Assembly: GCA_022825885.1 (NCBI GenBank) | Contig: JAJDVY010000033.1 | Location: 10,067 to 74,066, forward strand | Direction: 5' to 3' | Source: Nitrospirales bacterium | GTDB lineage: Bacteria > Nitrospirota > Nitrospiria > Nitrospirales > UBA8639 | Length of the DNA stretch: 64,000 bases | Shown here: piece after piece, positions 8,728-17,004 of the stretch | Layout of the letters: every line of letters begins with the position of its first letter | Numbering within the stretch: position 1 is the first letter of the stretch | The notes under the pieces: model-generated | Database searches by the model: none | Told to the model about the DNA's origin: nothing | Seen by the model: the letters and a program-made list of their open reading frames with translations, nothing else | Program-made: the position numbers and the translations under genes

Positions 8728-10215
8728 ATGACCAGTCCTCGACATTCCACGCGTCTTTCCAAGTCCAGGTTTCTTTCAGGTCTGCAATGCCATAAACGGT
8801 TGTATTTGGAAATCCATGCCCCCCAGTTGGCCGCCGATATTGATGACCGGCGCCGGATGGTGCTGGATATGGGCAAAGAAATTAATGAAATCGCGCACAG
8901 GTATTTCCCCTGCGGCGTGTTGGTTGCCGAAGATCATCGTCATGCATCCGCTGCCCTGGAAAAGACGTCTGCACTGATGGCTGATCCGGACGTGCCCGCT
9001 ATTTTTGAAGGGGCGTTTCAATTCGAGGGGACGTTGGTCCGGGTCGACGTGCTTGAACGGGTCGATGGTGCCTGGAAGTTGATTGAAGTGAAGGCAGCCT
9101 CACGCGTGAAATCCGTCCACCTTGACGATCTGGCCGTGCAAACCCACGTGCTCCGGGGAAACGGCCTCGAACTGAACGGAATTTTTTTGATGCACGTGAA
9201 TCGACAGTATGCCTATCCCGGCGGGGACGTGGACCTGCAACGATTATTTGCGCTCGAAGACCTCACGGAGGCCATTCAGGAAAAACTGGCGGATATCCCT
9301 CCGCGCTTGGATGAGATGCACGCGATGCTCGGTGAAAGCCGTTCACCCGACGTCGAACCGGACCACCATTGTCACTCGCCTTACGAATGCCCGTTCTGGT
9401 CCCATTGTACGGCTGCCAAGCCGGCGCGGTGGGTCTATTATCTTCCCGGTCGTAAAGACCTTGTGCGCCGGTTGCGCCAACAGGGCGTTGAAACCATCGA
9501 CGAGATTCCCGTTCAGGTTTCTCTTTCGCATTTGCAACAACGCGTGCGGGAGAACGTGGAATGGATGTCGCCGAAGCTGGCGCAGAAGCTTCACTCGGTT
9601 CGGTATCCGGTTCATCATTTGGATTTTGAGACGGTGATGCCCGCGGTTCCCTTGTATGCCCACACGTATCCCTATCAGCCCATCCCGATTCAATGGTCGA
9701 ACCATACGGAATCGGAAGACGGTTCTTTGGGGCATACCGCCTATTTATGTGTCGAACACAAAGATCCGCGTGAAGAAATCGCCGTGAGTCTGTTGGAATC
9801 CGTCGGGGAAGAAGGTAGTATCTGTGTCTACTCCGAGTATGAACAGTATATCGTGAATGCCTTGGCCGAAGCCGTGCCTCGTCTGCGAAAAGACTTGCTT
9901 CGAGTCGGAGAGCGCCTTTGGGATCTCCTGGAAGTGCTGCAAAGCCATTATTACCATCCGGATTTTCAAGGGTCGTTTTCCATCAAATCCGTGCTGCCGG
10001 CTCTCGTCCCGTCGCTGGACTATGGCGACTTGGAAATCAAGGATGGCGCCACCGCGTCGGCAACGTATCATCGAATGATGTATGTCGTGACCGATTGGGT
10101 CGAGCGTCAACGCCTGGCATCGGCGCTGCTTGCCTATTGCGCGCGGGATACGTTGGGCATGGTGGAACTCCGCCGGGTTCTGGCTCAAAAAGCGCAGTCG
10201 GCGGCCCCGTCGTAG
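8728..10215 (+). CDS. DUF2779 domain protein with Cas4/PD-(D/E)XK-like nuclease N-terminal region
   Basis: The N-terminus LSKSRFLSGLQCHKRLYLE is typical of DUF2779. The Cys cluster C-x5-C-x5-C (HHCHSPYECPFWSHC) together with the N-terminal C resembles the Cas4/AddB-type Fe-S motif. Confidence 0.6.
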   Translation: MTSPRHSTRLSKSRFLSGLQCHKRLYLEIHAPQLAADIDDRRRMVLDMGKEINEIAHRYFPCGVLVAEDHRHASAALEKTSALMADPDVPAIFEGAFQFEGTLVRVDVLERVDGAWKLIEVKAASRVKSVHLDDLAVQTHVLRGNGLELNGIFLMHVNRQYAYPGGDVDLQRLFALEDLTEAIQEKLADIPPRLDEMHAMLGESRSPDVEPDHHCHSPYECPFWSHCTAAKPARWVYYLPGRKDLVRRLRQQGVETIDEIPVQVSLSHLQQRVRENVEWMSPKLAQKLHSVRYPVHHLDFETVMPAVPLYAHTYPYQPIPIQWSNHTESEDGSLGHTAYLCVEHKDPREEIAVSLLESVGEEGSICVYSEYEQYIVNALAEAVPRLRKDLLRVGERLWDLLEVLQSHYYHPDFQGSFSIKSVLPALVPSLDYGDLEIKDGATASATYHRMMYVVTDWVERQRLASALLAYCARDTLGMVELRRVLAQKAQSAAPS

Positions 10216-10241
10216 GCGGTTGCCATGAGTCAGGGGAAAAA
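10201..10241 (+). repeat. Direct repeat copy 1 flanking the PIN/UPF0175 cassette
   Basis: GCGGCCCCGTCGTAGGCGGTTGCCATGAGTCAGGGGAAAAA. The 22-nt core AGGCGGTTGCCATGAGTCAGGG (10214-10235) is identical to 11200-11221. It overlaps the stop codon of the DUF2779 gene. Confidence 0.85.
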
Positions 10242-10326
10242 TTCCGTTTTTGGGGAGCGTTATTGAAAACATTTGTATAATTTGTTAACTTGATGGCAAG
10301 GTAATGGCTGATGCTGTAGAGATGAG

Positions 10327-10842
10327 ATGATCGTAGCCGACGCTTCTCCGTTAATCGTTCTCGCCAAGCTCAAGTGTTTGGGGCTCTTGAACGGTCTCTA
10401 CGGAGAAGTGTTGATCGGACCGGTCATTAAATCGGAAACAATCGATTCGGGCAAGGCGATTAATGCTCCGGGGGTTGAGCAGCTTGAGGCCGCACTGGAA
10501 GCCGGGTGGTTACGAACGGTTCGCTTGACTGCACAGGAGCGTGGCCTGATGCAGCGCCTGACGAGACGCTCCCGTTTGGATCGGGGCGAAGCCGAGTCCA
10601 TTGCGCTCGCAAGTGGGCGGGACCTGCGACTGATTATTGACGATAAGGAAGGTCGAAGCGTGGCTGTGGTTGCCGAAGTAGAGCATGTGGGTACTGTTGG
10701 GGTCTTGTTGGAAGCATATTTGCAACAGTCTCTTGACTTGGGGGAATTCGAGACCACGCTTCGGGATCTCGGCCGGATCTTGTGGCTATCTCCAGCCGTC
10801 GTAGCGGAAGTCTTGAGACTCGCACGGGAGGCAAAGACGTGA
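10327..10842 (+). CDS. DUF3368 / PIN-like nuclease (type II toxin candidate)
   Basis: The N-terminus IVADASPLIVLAKLKCLGLL.LYGEVLIGPV is typical of the DUF3368 PIN-like family. It is paired with a UPF0175 gene. Confidence 0.7.
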   Translation: MIVADASPLIVLAKLKCLGLLNGLYGEVLIGPVIKSETIDSGKAINAPGVEQLEAALEAGWLRTVRLTAQERGLMQRLTRRSRLDRGEAESIALASGRDLRLIIDDKEGRSVAVVAEVEHVGTVGVLLEAYLQQSLDLGEFETTLRDLGRILWLSPAVVAEVLRLAREAKT

Positions 10843-11177
10843 AAAAAGAACGAATGGTGGGCACTAGGCTCCCCTTGGAGTTGCTGAGTGAGTTGGAACT
10901 CATCGAAGACGTTGAGCAGTCCGATCGCTCAACCACCGTACGCCGGTTGCTCTCGAAAGCAATCCGGCAATGGAAGTTCGATCACTACGTCCGGCTGTAC
11001 GGGGAGGGGAAACTCACCATGGCACGGGCTGCTCGCGAGGCAGGGGTATCCTTGTGGGAGATGATGGATTATGCCCGCACCGCAAAAATACCGGCCCAAT
11101 ACGACCTCGAAGATCTTCAGCGAGACGTGGGAATGATCTACGGAAGTCTGAACCAACAGTCAATTTGCAAGAAGTGA
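10839..11177 (+). CDS. UPF0175 family protein (antitoxin candidate)
   Basis: GTG 10839 overlaps the upstream stop TGA (GTGA). The segment ..LYGEGKLTMARAAREAGVSLWEMMDYARTAKIP.. is the typical UPF0175 HTH-like segment. Confidence 0.7.
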   Translation: MKKERMVGTRLPLELLSELELIEDVEQSDRSTTVRRLLSKAIRQWKFDHYVRLYGEGKLTMARAAREAGVSLWEMMDYARTAKIPAQYDLEDLQRDVGMIYGSLNQQSICKK

Positions 11178-11186
11178 AGATCGAAT

Positions 11187-11227
11187 GCCGCCCCGTCCCA
11201 GGCGGTTGCCATGAGTCAGGGAAAAAA
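11187..11227 (+). repeat. Direct repeat copy 2 flanking the PIN/UPF0175 cassette
   Basis: GCCGCCCCGTCCCAGGCGGTTGCCATGAGTCAGGGAAAAAA. It differs from copy 1 by 3 substitutions and 1 indel. Confidence 0.85.
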
Positions 11228-11348
11228 GTAGAATCTCTTTTTCTGTCAATCACTTGAGTGTGCCAGGGGGATTGAGTCTTGGTATGACCGTCCCTTCCTC
11301 CCTTCCCTCAAACATGCTTCCTGACTCACACGGTAAAGATACTCTTGG

Positions 11349-11798
11349 ATGATGCGAATCTTGGTGTTGCATGGCCCTAATCTGAATATGCTTGGGGTCC
11401 GCGAGCAGGAGACGTACGGGGACCAGACCCTTGAAGCCATCAATGCCCGGCTCATGGAATTGGCGAAGGCCGAAGGGGTCACCCTTGAGGCAAGACATTC
11501 GAACGGCGAAGGCGAACTGGTTTCGTGGATTCAAGAGGCCCGAGGCCAATTCGATGCGATCGTGATCAATCCCGCGGCCTATACGCATACCAGCGTTGCC
11601 CTTCGGGATGCCATCTTGAGTGTGACCGTGCCGACGGTTGAGGTGCATTTGTCGAATATTCACCAACGGGAGGAATTTCGCCAACGTTCCTACTTGGCGG
11701 GAGTCGCTATCGGCCAGATCAGCGGCTTTGGGGTATTGAGTTATGAACTGGGTGTTCGGGCGGCGATCGACCACGTCAGAAAGGTTCAGGACAAGTAG
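11349..11798 (+). CDS. aroQ: Type II 3-dehydroquinate dehydratase
   Basis: The motifs [39 protein letters not shown] and EVHLSNIH are canonical for AroQ. Confidence 0.92.
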   Translation: MMRILVLHGPNLNMLGVREQETYGDQTLEAINARLMELAKAEGVTLEARHSNGEGELVSWIQEARGQFDAIVINPAAYTHTSVALRDAILSVTVPTVEVHLSNIHQREEFRQRSYLAGVAIGQISGFGVLSYELGVRAAIDHVRKVQDK

Positions 11799-11847
11799 GC
11801 AGCAAGCCGGCATGACAAGAGAGAATCATCGTGATACGCGTGCCACT

Positions 11848-11930
11848 GTCATCCTGAACGAAGTGAAGGCTCTCGTTTTTATATATATGCGTTTGTAAAA
11901 AAGCCGGATTCTTCGCTACGCTCGGAATTG
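11848..11930. repeat. REP/MITE-like hairpin element, family A (GTCATYCTGARCGAAG..GAAG..TCTC)
   Basis: The arm GTCATCCTGAACGAAGTGAAGGCTC (11848-11872) is imperfectly complementary to GGATTCTTCGCTACGCTCGGAATTG (11906-11930). A related copy lies at 62779-62846. Confidence 0.7.
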
Positions 11931-11973
11931 TATATGTTCACTCATTCGTTGACACTTTCTGTTGTCTCCTGCT

Positions 11974-12035
11974 GTCATCCCCGATCCTCGATTAAGAACG
12001 TCAAGGACAGGCTATTGTTAATCGGGAATCCGGGG
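11974..12035. repeat. REP/MITE-like hairpin element, family B
   Basis: GTCATCCCCGATCCTCGATTAA (11974-11995) pairs with TTAATCGGGAATCCGGGG (12018-12035). A related half-site, GGATTTCCGATTAA, lies at 37482-37495. Confidence 0.65.
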
Positions 12036-12088
12036 TTCTGTTCAAGACTGTTCCTTATGAATGGAGGGGCAGAAGAGAAAGGCACTGG

Positions 12089-12108
12089 ATTCCCGCGTGT
12101 GCGGGAAT
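12089..12108. repeat. Short perfect palindrome (REP-like)
   Basis: ATTCCCGC-GTGT-GCGGGAAT has 8-bp perfect arms. It has the same architecture as ATTCCGGG-CTTGA-CCCGGAAT at 37424-37444. Confidence 0.7.
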
Positions 12109-12194
12109 AACCGATTCGGGGTCTTTGCATACCAATGACGGGTATGATGTGGCAGGCTCTTATTTTTTATTGTTAGAGAAAGGATACGGAAATC

Positions 12195-12758
12195 GTGATT
12201 TCAACCGCAGAGTTTCGAAATGGCGCCCGGATGGAATTGGATGGCGCGCCGTATTATATCGTGGAATTTCAACACGTGAAACCGGGCAAAGGTGGTGCGT
12301 TTGTCCGGACCAAGTTGAAGAATTTGAAAACCGGTCAGGTGTTGGAGAAGACGTTTCGGTCAGGTGAAAAGTTTGACGAACCGGATCTGGAAGAATGCGA
12401 GATGCAATTCCTCTATGCGGCCGGTGAGTCCTATACGTTTATGGATACCTCCTCCTATGAGCAGTTCACTTATCAAAAGGATCAACTTGGCGACGATACC
12501 GACCTGCTCAAAGAAAACGCGACGGTGGAAATCCTGCTCTACGAGGGCGTCCCCATCTCCATGCTTTTGCCGATATTTATGGAGTTGAAGGTCGCGGAGA
12601 CGGACCCGGGGGTTCGAGGCGATACGGCTTCGGGAGGCACAAAGCCTGCGAAGGTTGAGACCGGAGCGACCATCAAAGTCCCGTTATATTTGGAAACCGG
12701 TGAGGTGATTAAAGTCGATACCCGGACACGGGAATACGTCGAACGCGTCCGGTCGTGA
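12195..12758 (+). CDS. efp: Elongation factor P
   Basis: ISTAEFRNGARMELDGAPYYIVEFQHVKPGKGGAFVRTKLKNLKTGQ is canonical EF-P. GTG start. Confidence 0.95.
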   Translation: MISTAEFRNGARMELDGAPYYIVEFQHVKPGKGGAFVRTKLKNLKTGQVLEKTFRSGEKFDEPDLEECEMQFLYAAGESYTFMDTSSYEQFTYQKDQLGDDTDLLKENATVEILLYEGVPISMLLPIFMELKVAETDPGVRGDTASGGTKPAKVETGATIKVPLYLETGEVIKVDTRTREYVERVRS

Positions 12759-12761
12759 AAC

Positions 12762-13214
12762 ATGAACAGCGAACAACGAAAAGAAATCCAGGATCTGGTT
12801 GAAATGCTGAACCGGCAGAATTTGAACGAGATCGAGGTTCAACGCGGGGACGTGCGTATCCGGGTCCGGCGTGAATCCGGTACCACGTCGAATGTCCAGG
12901 CGTCTTCTTCCGCGGAATCCGGTCAAGCTCCTCAACCGACCGTAGACGTTGTGGAAAAAGATGTCTCTCGTTTATTGACGGTCACCTCACCCGTTGTCGG
13001 GACTTTCTACCGCTCATCGTCTCCCGATGCCGAGGTCTACGTGGAAGAAGGTGACCTGGTAAGCCGGGGGCAAGTTCTGTGCATTGTCGAAGCCATGAAA
13101 CTGATGAACGAAATTGAATCCGAAGTCGATGGGCGAGTCGTCAAGATCCTGGTCGAGAATGAGGCGGGCGTGGAATATGGGCAACCCTTGTTTGCTATCG
13201 ATCCTCTTTCGTAA
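12762..13214 (+). CDS. accB: Acetyl-CoA carboxylase biotin carboxyl carrier protein
   Basis: C-terminal biotinyl domain with CIVEAMKLMNEIESE (AMKM/L motif). It sits immediately upstream of accC. Confidence 0.92.
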   Translation: MNSEQRKEIQDLVEMLNRQNLNEIEVQRGDVRIRVRRESGTTSNVQASSSAESGQAPQPTVDVVEKDVSRLLTVTSPVVGTFYRSSSPDAEVYVEEGDLVSRGQVLCIVEAMKLMNEIESEVDGRVVKILVENEAGVEYGQPLFAIDPLS

Positions 13215-13241
13215 GTCCCGTTCGCTTCACGAGGAAATTCC

Positions 13242-14591
13242 GTGTTCAAAAAAATCCTGATTGCGAATCGCGGAGAAATCGCCCTGCGTATCGTCCGTGC
13301 CTGTCGGGAACTGGGGATCAAGACGGTCGCCGTCTTTTCCGAAGCCGACGCGTCCACTCTCTACGCGCGCCAAGCGGACGAAAGCGTGTGCATCGGTCCG
13401 GCCGACAGTGCCTTGAGCTACCTGAATGTTCCCAACGTGTTGAGCGCGGCGGAAATTACCGGGGCCGATGCCATCCATCCCGGATACGGGTTCCTGGCGG
13501 AAAATGCGCATTTTGCCGAGGTCTGCGAATCCGTCGGTATCACGTTTATCGGTCCGGCCTCCGAACACATTGCTCTGCTGGGCGACAAGTCCAAGGCTCG
13601 AGAAACCATGCTCCGGCATGGGATCCCCGTCATGCCGGGCAGCGAAGGTGAACTGCAAAACCTTGATCATGCCGTCCATGTTGCGAACAAGCTCGGATAC
13701 CCCGTGATGGTCAAGGCTTCGGCCGGAGGAGGAGGACGGGGCATGCGGGTCGTCAGTCGTGAAGCCGAGCTGGGGAAGGCCATTTTATCGGCCCAGGTGG
13801 AAGCGCGGACGGGCTTTGCTCACGACGGCGTCTATCTTGAAAAGTTTTTTCCCGAACCCCGGCACGTCGAAATTCAGGTGTTGGCCGATGAACACGGGCA
13901 CGCGGTTCATTTGGGAGAGCGAGACTGCTCGATCCAGCGCCGCTACCAGAAATTGGTGGAGGAATCCCCGTCACCCGTCGTGGATGATTCCTTGAGAAAG
14001 GAAATGGGGAACGTTGCCCTCAAGGTGGTCAAGGCCGTGAATTACCGGAACGCGGGGACCGTGGAGTTTTTGCTTGATCAAAATCAAAAGTTTTACGTGA
14101 TGGAAGTCAACACCCGGATCCAAGTCGAACATCCGGTTACCGAAATGGTCACCGGCATTGATTTGGTCAAGGAACAAATTCGCGTGGCCGCGGGGATGCC
14201 GCTGCGATTTCGACAGAAAGACGTGCGGTTGCAGGGCCACAGTATCGAATGTCGAATCAATGCGGAATGTCCGGAAACCTTTGTCCCGAGTCCCGGCGTC
14301 GTTTCGCGTTTTTACGTGCCCGGGGGCGCGGGGATTCGCGTGGATACGGCCTTGGAAGCGACGGAACACGTGCACCCCCACTACGATTCTCTCATCGCCA
14401 AGTTGATTGCGCACGGCCAGGATCGTGCGGATGCGCTGGCCAAGGCTCAACGCGCACTCGACGAGTTTGCCGTGGAAGGGATCAAGACAACGATCCCGTT
14501 GCAACGGCTCATCATGCGTGACCCCGACTTTCAAAAAGGCGGCGTATCCACCAATTTTCTGGATCGGTTGTTAGCCGGCCGTATGCTGTAG
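13242..14591 (+). CDS. accC: Acetyl-CoA carboxylase biotin carboxylase subunit
   Basis: [26 protein letters not shown], an ATP-grasp region ([10 protein letters not shown]), and 449 aa long. Confidence 0.95.
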   Translation: MFKKILIANRGEIALRIVRACRELGIKTVAVFSEADASTLYARQADESVCIGPADSALSYLNVPNVLSAAEITGADAIHPGYGFLAENAHFAEVCESVGITFIGPASEHIALLGDKSKARETMLRHGIPVMPGSEGELQNLDHAVHVANKLGYPVMVKASAGGGGRGMRVVSREAELGKAILSAQVEARTGFAHDGVYLEKFFPEPRHVEIQVLADEHGHAVHLGERDCSIQRRYQKLVEESPSPVVDDSLRKEMGNVALKVVKAVNYRNAGTVEFLLDQNQKFYVMEVNTRIQVEHPVTEMVTGIDLVKEQIRVAAGMPLRFRQKDVRLQGHSIECRINAECPETFVPSPGVVSRFYVPGGAGIRVDTALEATEHVHPHYDSLIAKLIAHGQDRADALAKAQRALDEFAVEGIKTTIPLQRLIMRDPDFQKGGVSTNFLDRLLAGRML

Positions 14592-14734
14592 GAACCTTTA
14601 ATTTCTTGTGATAGCGGGATGCAGGGCAAGGCGTCCCGTAGTGAAACCCGAGGCTTATCAAATTAGATAGGTGAGGGTTGAGCGAGGACACAACGCCGCC
14701 ATGCGCCCGATAGTGCAATAAATTAGAGGTTCCT
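14590..14734. repeat. 145-nt element bounded by 29-nt imperfect inverted repeats (candidate structured RNA or MITE) filling the accC-thiE spacer
   Basis: 5' arm AGGAACCTTTAATTTCTTGTGATAGCGGG (14590-14618) against 3' arm CCCGATAGTGCAATAAATTAGAGGTTCCT (14706-14734). Counted by hand: 23 Watson-Crick pairs, 3 G-U pairs and 3 mismatches. Confidence 0.6.
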
Positions 14735-14736
14735 TA

Positions 14737-15399
14737 GTGTGTCAGCCCGCGTCGAGGTCTTCCCTTTCCGGTGTCTATCTCCTGTTGGATGAGCAATGGG
14801 CTCCCCGGTGGAATTTATCGTCCGTCCTCGAACTGGCGGCCGGATGCGGTATCCGGTTGTTTCAATACCGGAACAAGATCGGGTCCCCGAGGGAGGTTTT
14901 CGCCAAGGCCCGGGAATTGCGGAACGTTGCCGCTCGCACGGATGCCGTCTTCATCGTGAATGACCGGTGCGACGTCGCCTTGGCGGTGGAGGCGGATGGC
15001 GTGCATTTGGGTCAGGATGATCTTGACTTGGAGTTGGCGAGACGGATCATGGGATGCCGCAAGATCATCGGGGTTTCCACCCATCGACCCGAAGAAGTGA
15101 CACAAGCGACTCGGGGAGGCGCTGACTATATTGGGTACGGCCCTCTCTTTCCTACCACGACCAAGGCGGCTCACGAGGCGCCCGTAGGATGCGCCGGATT
15201 GCGGGAGATTCGTTCCCTGACCCCGTTGCCGGTGTTCGCGATCGGAGGGGTGACCCTGGATTGCGTCGAGGCAGTCGTCGCGTCCGGAGCCAATGGCGTG
15301 GCCGTCGCGTCCGCCGTGCTCGATGCCTCGTCTATCGAGGAGACGATGCGCGACTTTGTCAGTTACTTTCCTGCACCATCCTCGCCACTTCACGAATAG
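14737..15399 (+). CDS. thiE: Thiamine-phosphate synthase
   Basis: 220 aa in the TMP-TENI family pattern (..FQYRNK.., VNDR.D.A....ADGVHLGQDD, AIGGV). Confidence 0.88.
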   Translation: MCQPASRSSLSGVYLLLDEQWAPRWNLSSVLELAAGCGIRLFQYRNKIGSPREVFAKARELRNVAARTDAVFIVNDRCDVALAVEADGVHLGQDDLDLELARRIMGCRKIIGVSTHRPEEVTQATRGGADYIGYGPLFPTTTKAAHEAPVGCAGLREIRSLTPLPVFAIGGVTLDCVEAVVASGANGVAVASAVLDASSIEETMRDFVSYFPAPSSPLHE

Positions 15400-16084
15400 T
15401 GGAATGGTTTGCCAGCGTCCTGACGCCGCTGTCCCACTGTGAATTCAAGTGGGGTTGAAACGGGAAAGGACCCAGTACCGGTGCGTCGCTGAGTTCACGG
15501 AGCAGTTTGACGGTGGATGCCTGCTGCTCTTTCGGCGTGATGCCCGTGTGATTCAGGAGAATGCCCAAAATCGGAATGCCCGCTTCCCGCAGTCCCATGA
15601 GGGTTAAACGCGTATGGTTGATCGAACCCAAGCCGGTTCGAGCCACGATCAGGCATGGCAGGCCCAGAAGCCTGATCAGGTCTCGGACGTCATGTGTTTC
15701 TGTCAGGGGCACGAGAATGCCCCCGGCGCCTTCTACGAGCATGTAATGGTAATGGACGGCAAAGATTCCGCAGGCATTGAGGATTGCGTCAACGTCGATG
15801 GCTTGTTGCGCGCTCCGCGCAGCTTCGAGTGGAGCGACGGGCTGGGGAAGGCTATAGACGTTTCGCACGTCCACGTTCCTGTAGGGAGCAAAGAATTTCC
15901 TGAGTCGCTGGACGTCCGAATCCGGTTTGTCGGGTGTGAAGCCCGTTTCAACGGGCTTCATAATCCCGACCCTGGCCCCGGTTTGTTGCAGCGCCAGGCC
16001 CAAGGCGGCAGTCACCACGGTTTTCCCCACGTTCGTATCCGTTCCGGCAATAAAGATTCCTGGTGGCAGCGATTGGTCGGGCAT
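15359..16084 (-). CDS. bioD: ATP-dependent dethiobiotin synthetase
   Basis: Motifs IFIAGTDTNVGKTVVTAAL, MKPVETG and VEGAGG. Its 3' end overlaps the thiE 3' end convergently (15359-15399). Confidence 0.9.
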   Translation of the reverse strand: MPDQSLPPGIFIAGTDTNVGKTVVTAALGLALQQTGARVGIMKPVETGFTPDKPDSDVQRLRKFFAPYRNVDVRNVYSLPQPVAPLEAARSAQQAIDVDAILNACGIFAVHYHYMLVEGAGGILVPLTETHDVRDLIRLLGLPCLIVARTGLGSINHTRLTLMGLREAGIPILGILLNHTGITPKEQQASTVKLLRELSDAPVLGPFPFQPHLNSQWDSGVRTLANHSTIREVARMVQESN

Positions 16085-16088
16085 TGGT

Positions 16089-16904
16089 CTAGTGGATCCG
16101 GTTGTCCAAGTTATACACTTGACCCGAGATGTCCCGGGCCGTGGTTAATCGATAGATGAAATCGGCCACGTTATTGAGCGAGGGTGTGCGTTCCAGGACG
16201 TGGGCGTGGAGTTGATCCGGGTCAGGGAGCGCGTCTCCGGTGAGAGGCGATTGATGCCAGCCCGGAAAGACCGCGTTGACGCGGATGTTGGTTTTGCCGA
16301 GTTCCCGCGCTGCCGACTTGACCAATCCCAAGGCTCCGGCTTTGCAAGCGGCATAGGCCGTCTGGCCAGTCCCTCCCATGCTACTGCTCAGGGAACTCAC
16401 GACCGTGACGGCGCCTCCGCGTTGTTCGGACATTAACCGCAGTCCTCTTTGCAGACAGAGAAACAGGCCGGTGAGGTTGACGTTCAGCATACGCTCCCAT
16501 TCGGCCGGTGTGATGCGGACCGTGAGGCGGTTAACGGTCGAGCCTGCCGCCCATACAATCGCGTCGAGTTCGGACCAGACAATTTGAACTTGATCGAAGA
16601 GTGTGTGGATTTGACGTGTCTCACTCATGTCCGCTTGAAAGGCGCGGCTCGTTCGACCCAGGCGTTCGATCTTGTGAATGATCGCGTCGGCTGACTGTCG
16701 CCGGGCGTGATACTGGACCCCGACGTTCCATCCATTCTCCGCGAAACAAAGACACACCGCGGAACCGATGACACCGGAACCTCCGAGGACGAGCACCACT
16801 GGTGGATCCGCGGAGTCCTGACGCCGGTGCCGGATCGTGTGGGTGGATGCTGAGGGCATATTGCGGTCATTATCCCGAACGAAAGAAGGCAAGGCAAACC
16901 TCAA
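16089..16904 (-). CDS. SDR family oxidoreductase (FabG-like)
   Basis: VLVLGGSGVIGSAV (TGxxxGxG-like) and the YAACKAG (YxxxK) motif. The start may be M16 (16859). It lies 4 nt upstream of bioD. Confidence 0.8.
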   Translation of the reverse strand: MRFALPSFVRDNDRNMPSASTHTIRHRRQDSADPPVVLVLGGSGVIGSAVCLCFAENGWNVGVQYHARRQSADAIIHKIERLGRTSRAFQADMSETRQIHTLFDQVQIVWSELDAIVWAAGSTVNRLTVRITPAEWERMLNVNLTGLFLCLQRGLRLMSEQRGGAVTVVSSLSSSMGGTGQTAYAACKAGALGLVKSAARELGKTNIRVNAVFPGWHQSPLTGDALPDPDQLHAHVLERTPSLNNVADFIYRLTTARDISGQVYNLDNRIH

Positions 16905-17004
16905 CGCAAGACGGAGGGCGTCTCTTTCTTGCCGTGCCGCGGGGGCTGTGGTACGGTGAAAAAAGTTTGCGTCTTCATGTCAAAACGGAAAAACGGGAGA
17001 AATC

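Noticed and set aside
11250-11813. 187-aa minus-strand ORF over aroQ, and 237-aa ORF 40070-40783 over the hemY/acyP junction
   Set aside because: They are antisense to genes with canonical signatures. The second one also spans an intergenic boundary.
11928-12110. 60-aa ORF in the aroQ-efp spacer
   Set aside because: It consists entirely of translated REP/MITE-like palindromes (families B and the ATTCCCGC palindrome), so it is not a plausible protein.
14592-14736. TPP riboswitch upstream of thiE (also checked upstream of tenA, 30697-30852, on the minus strand)
   Set aside because: I looked for the conserved CUGAGA ... ACCUGAUCUGGAUAAUGCCAGCG core on the relevant strands and did not find it. 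The thiE-upstream structure is therefore reported as an unclassified element instead.
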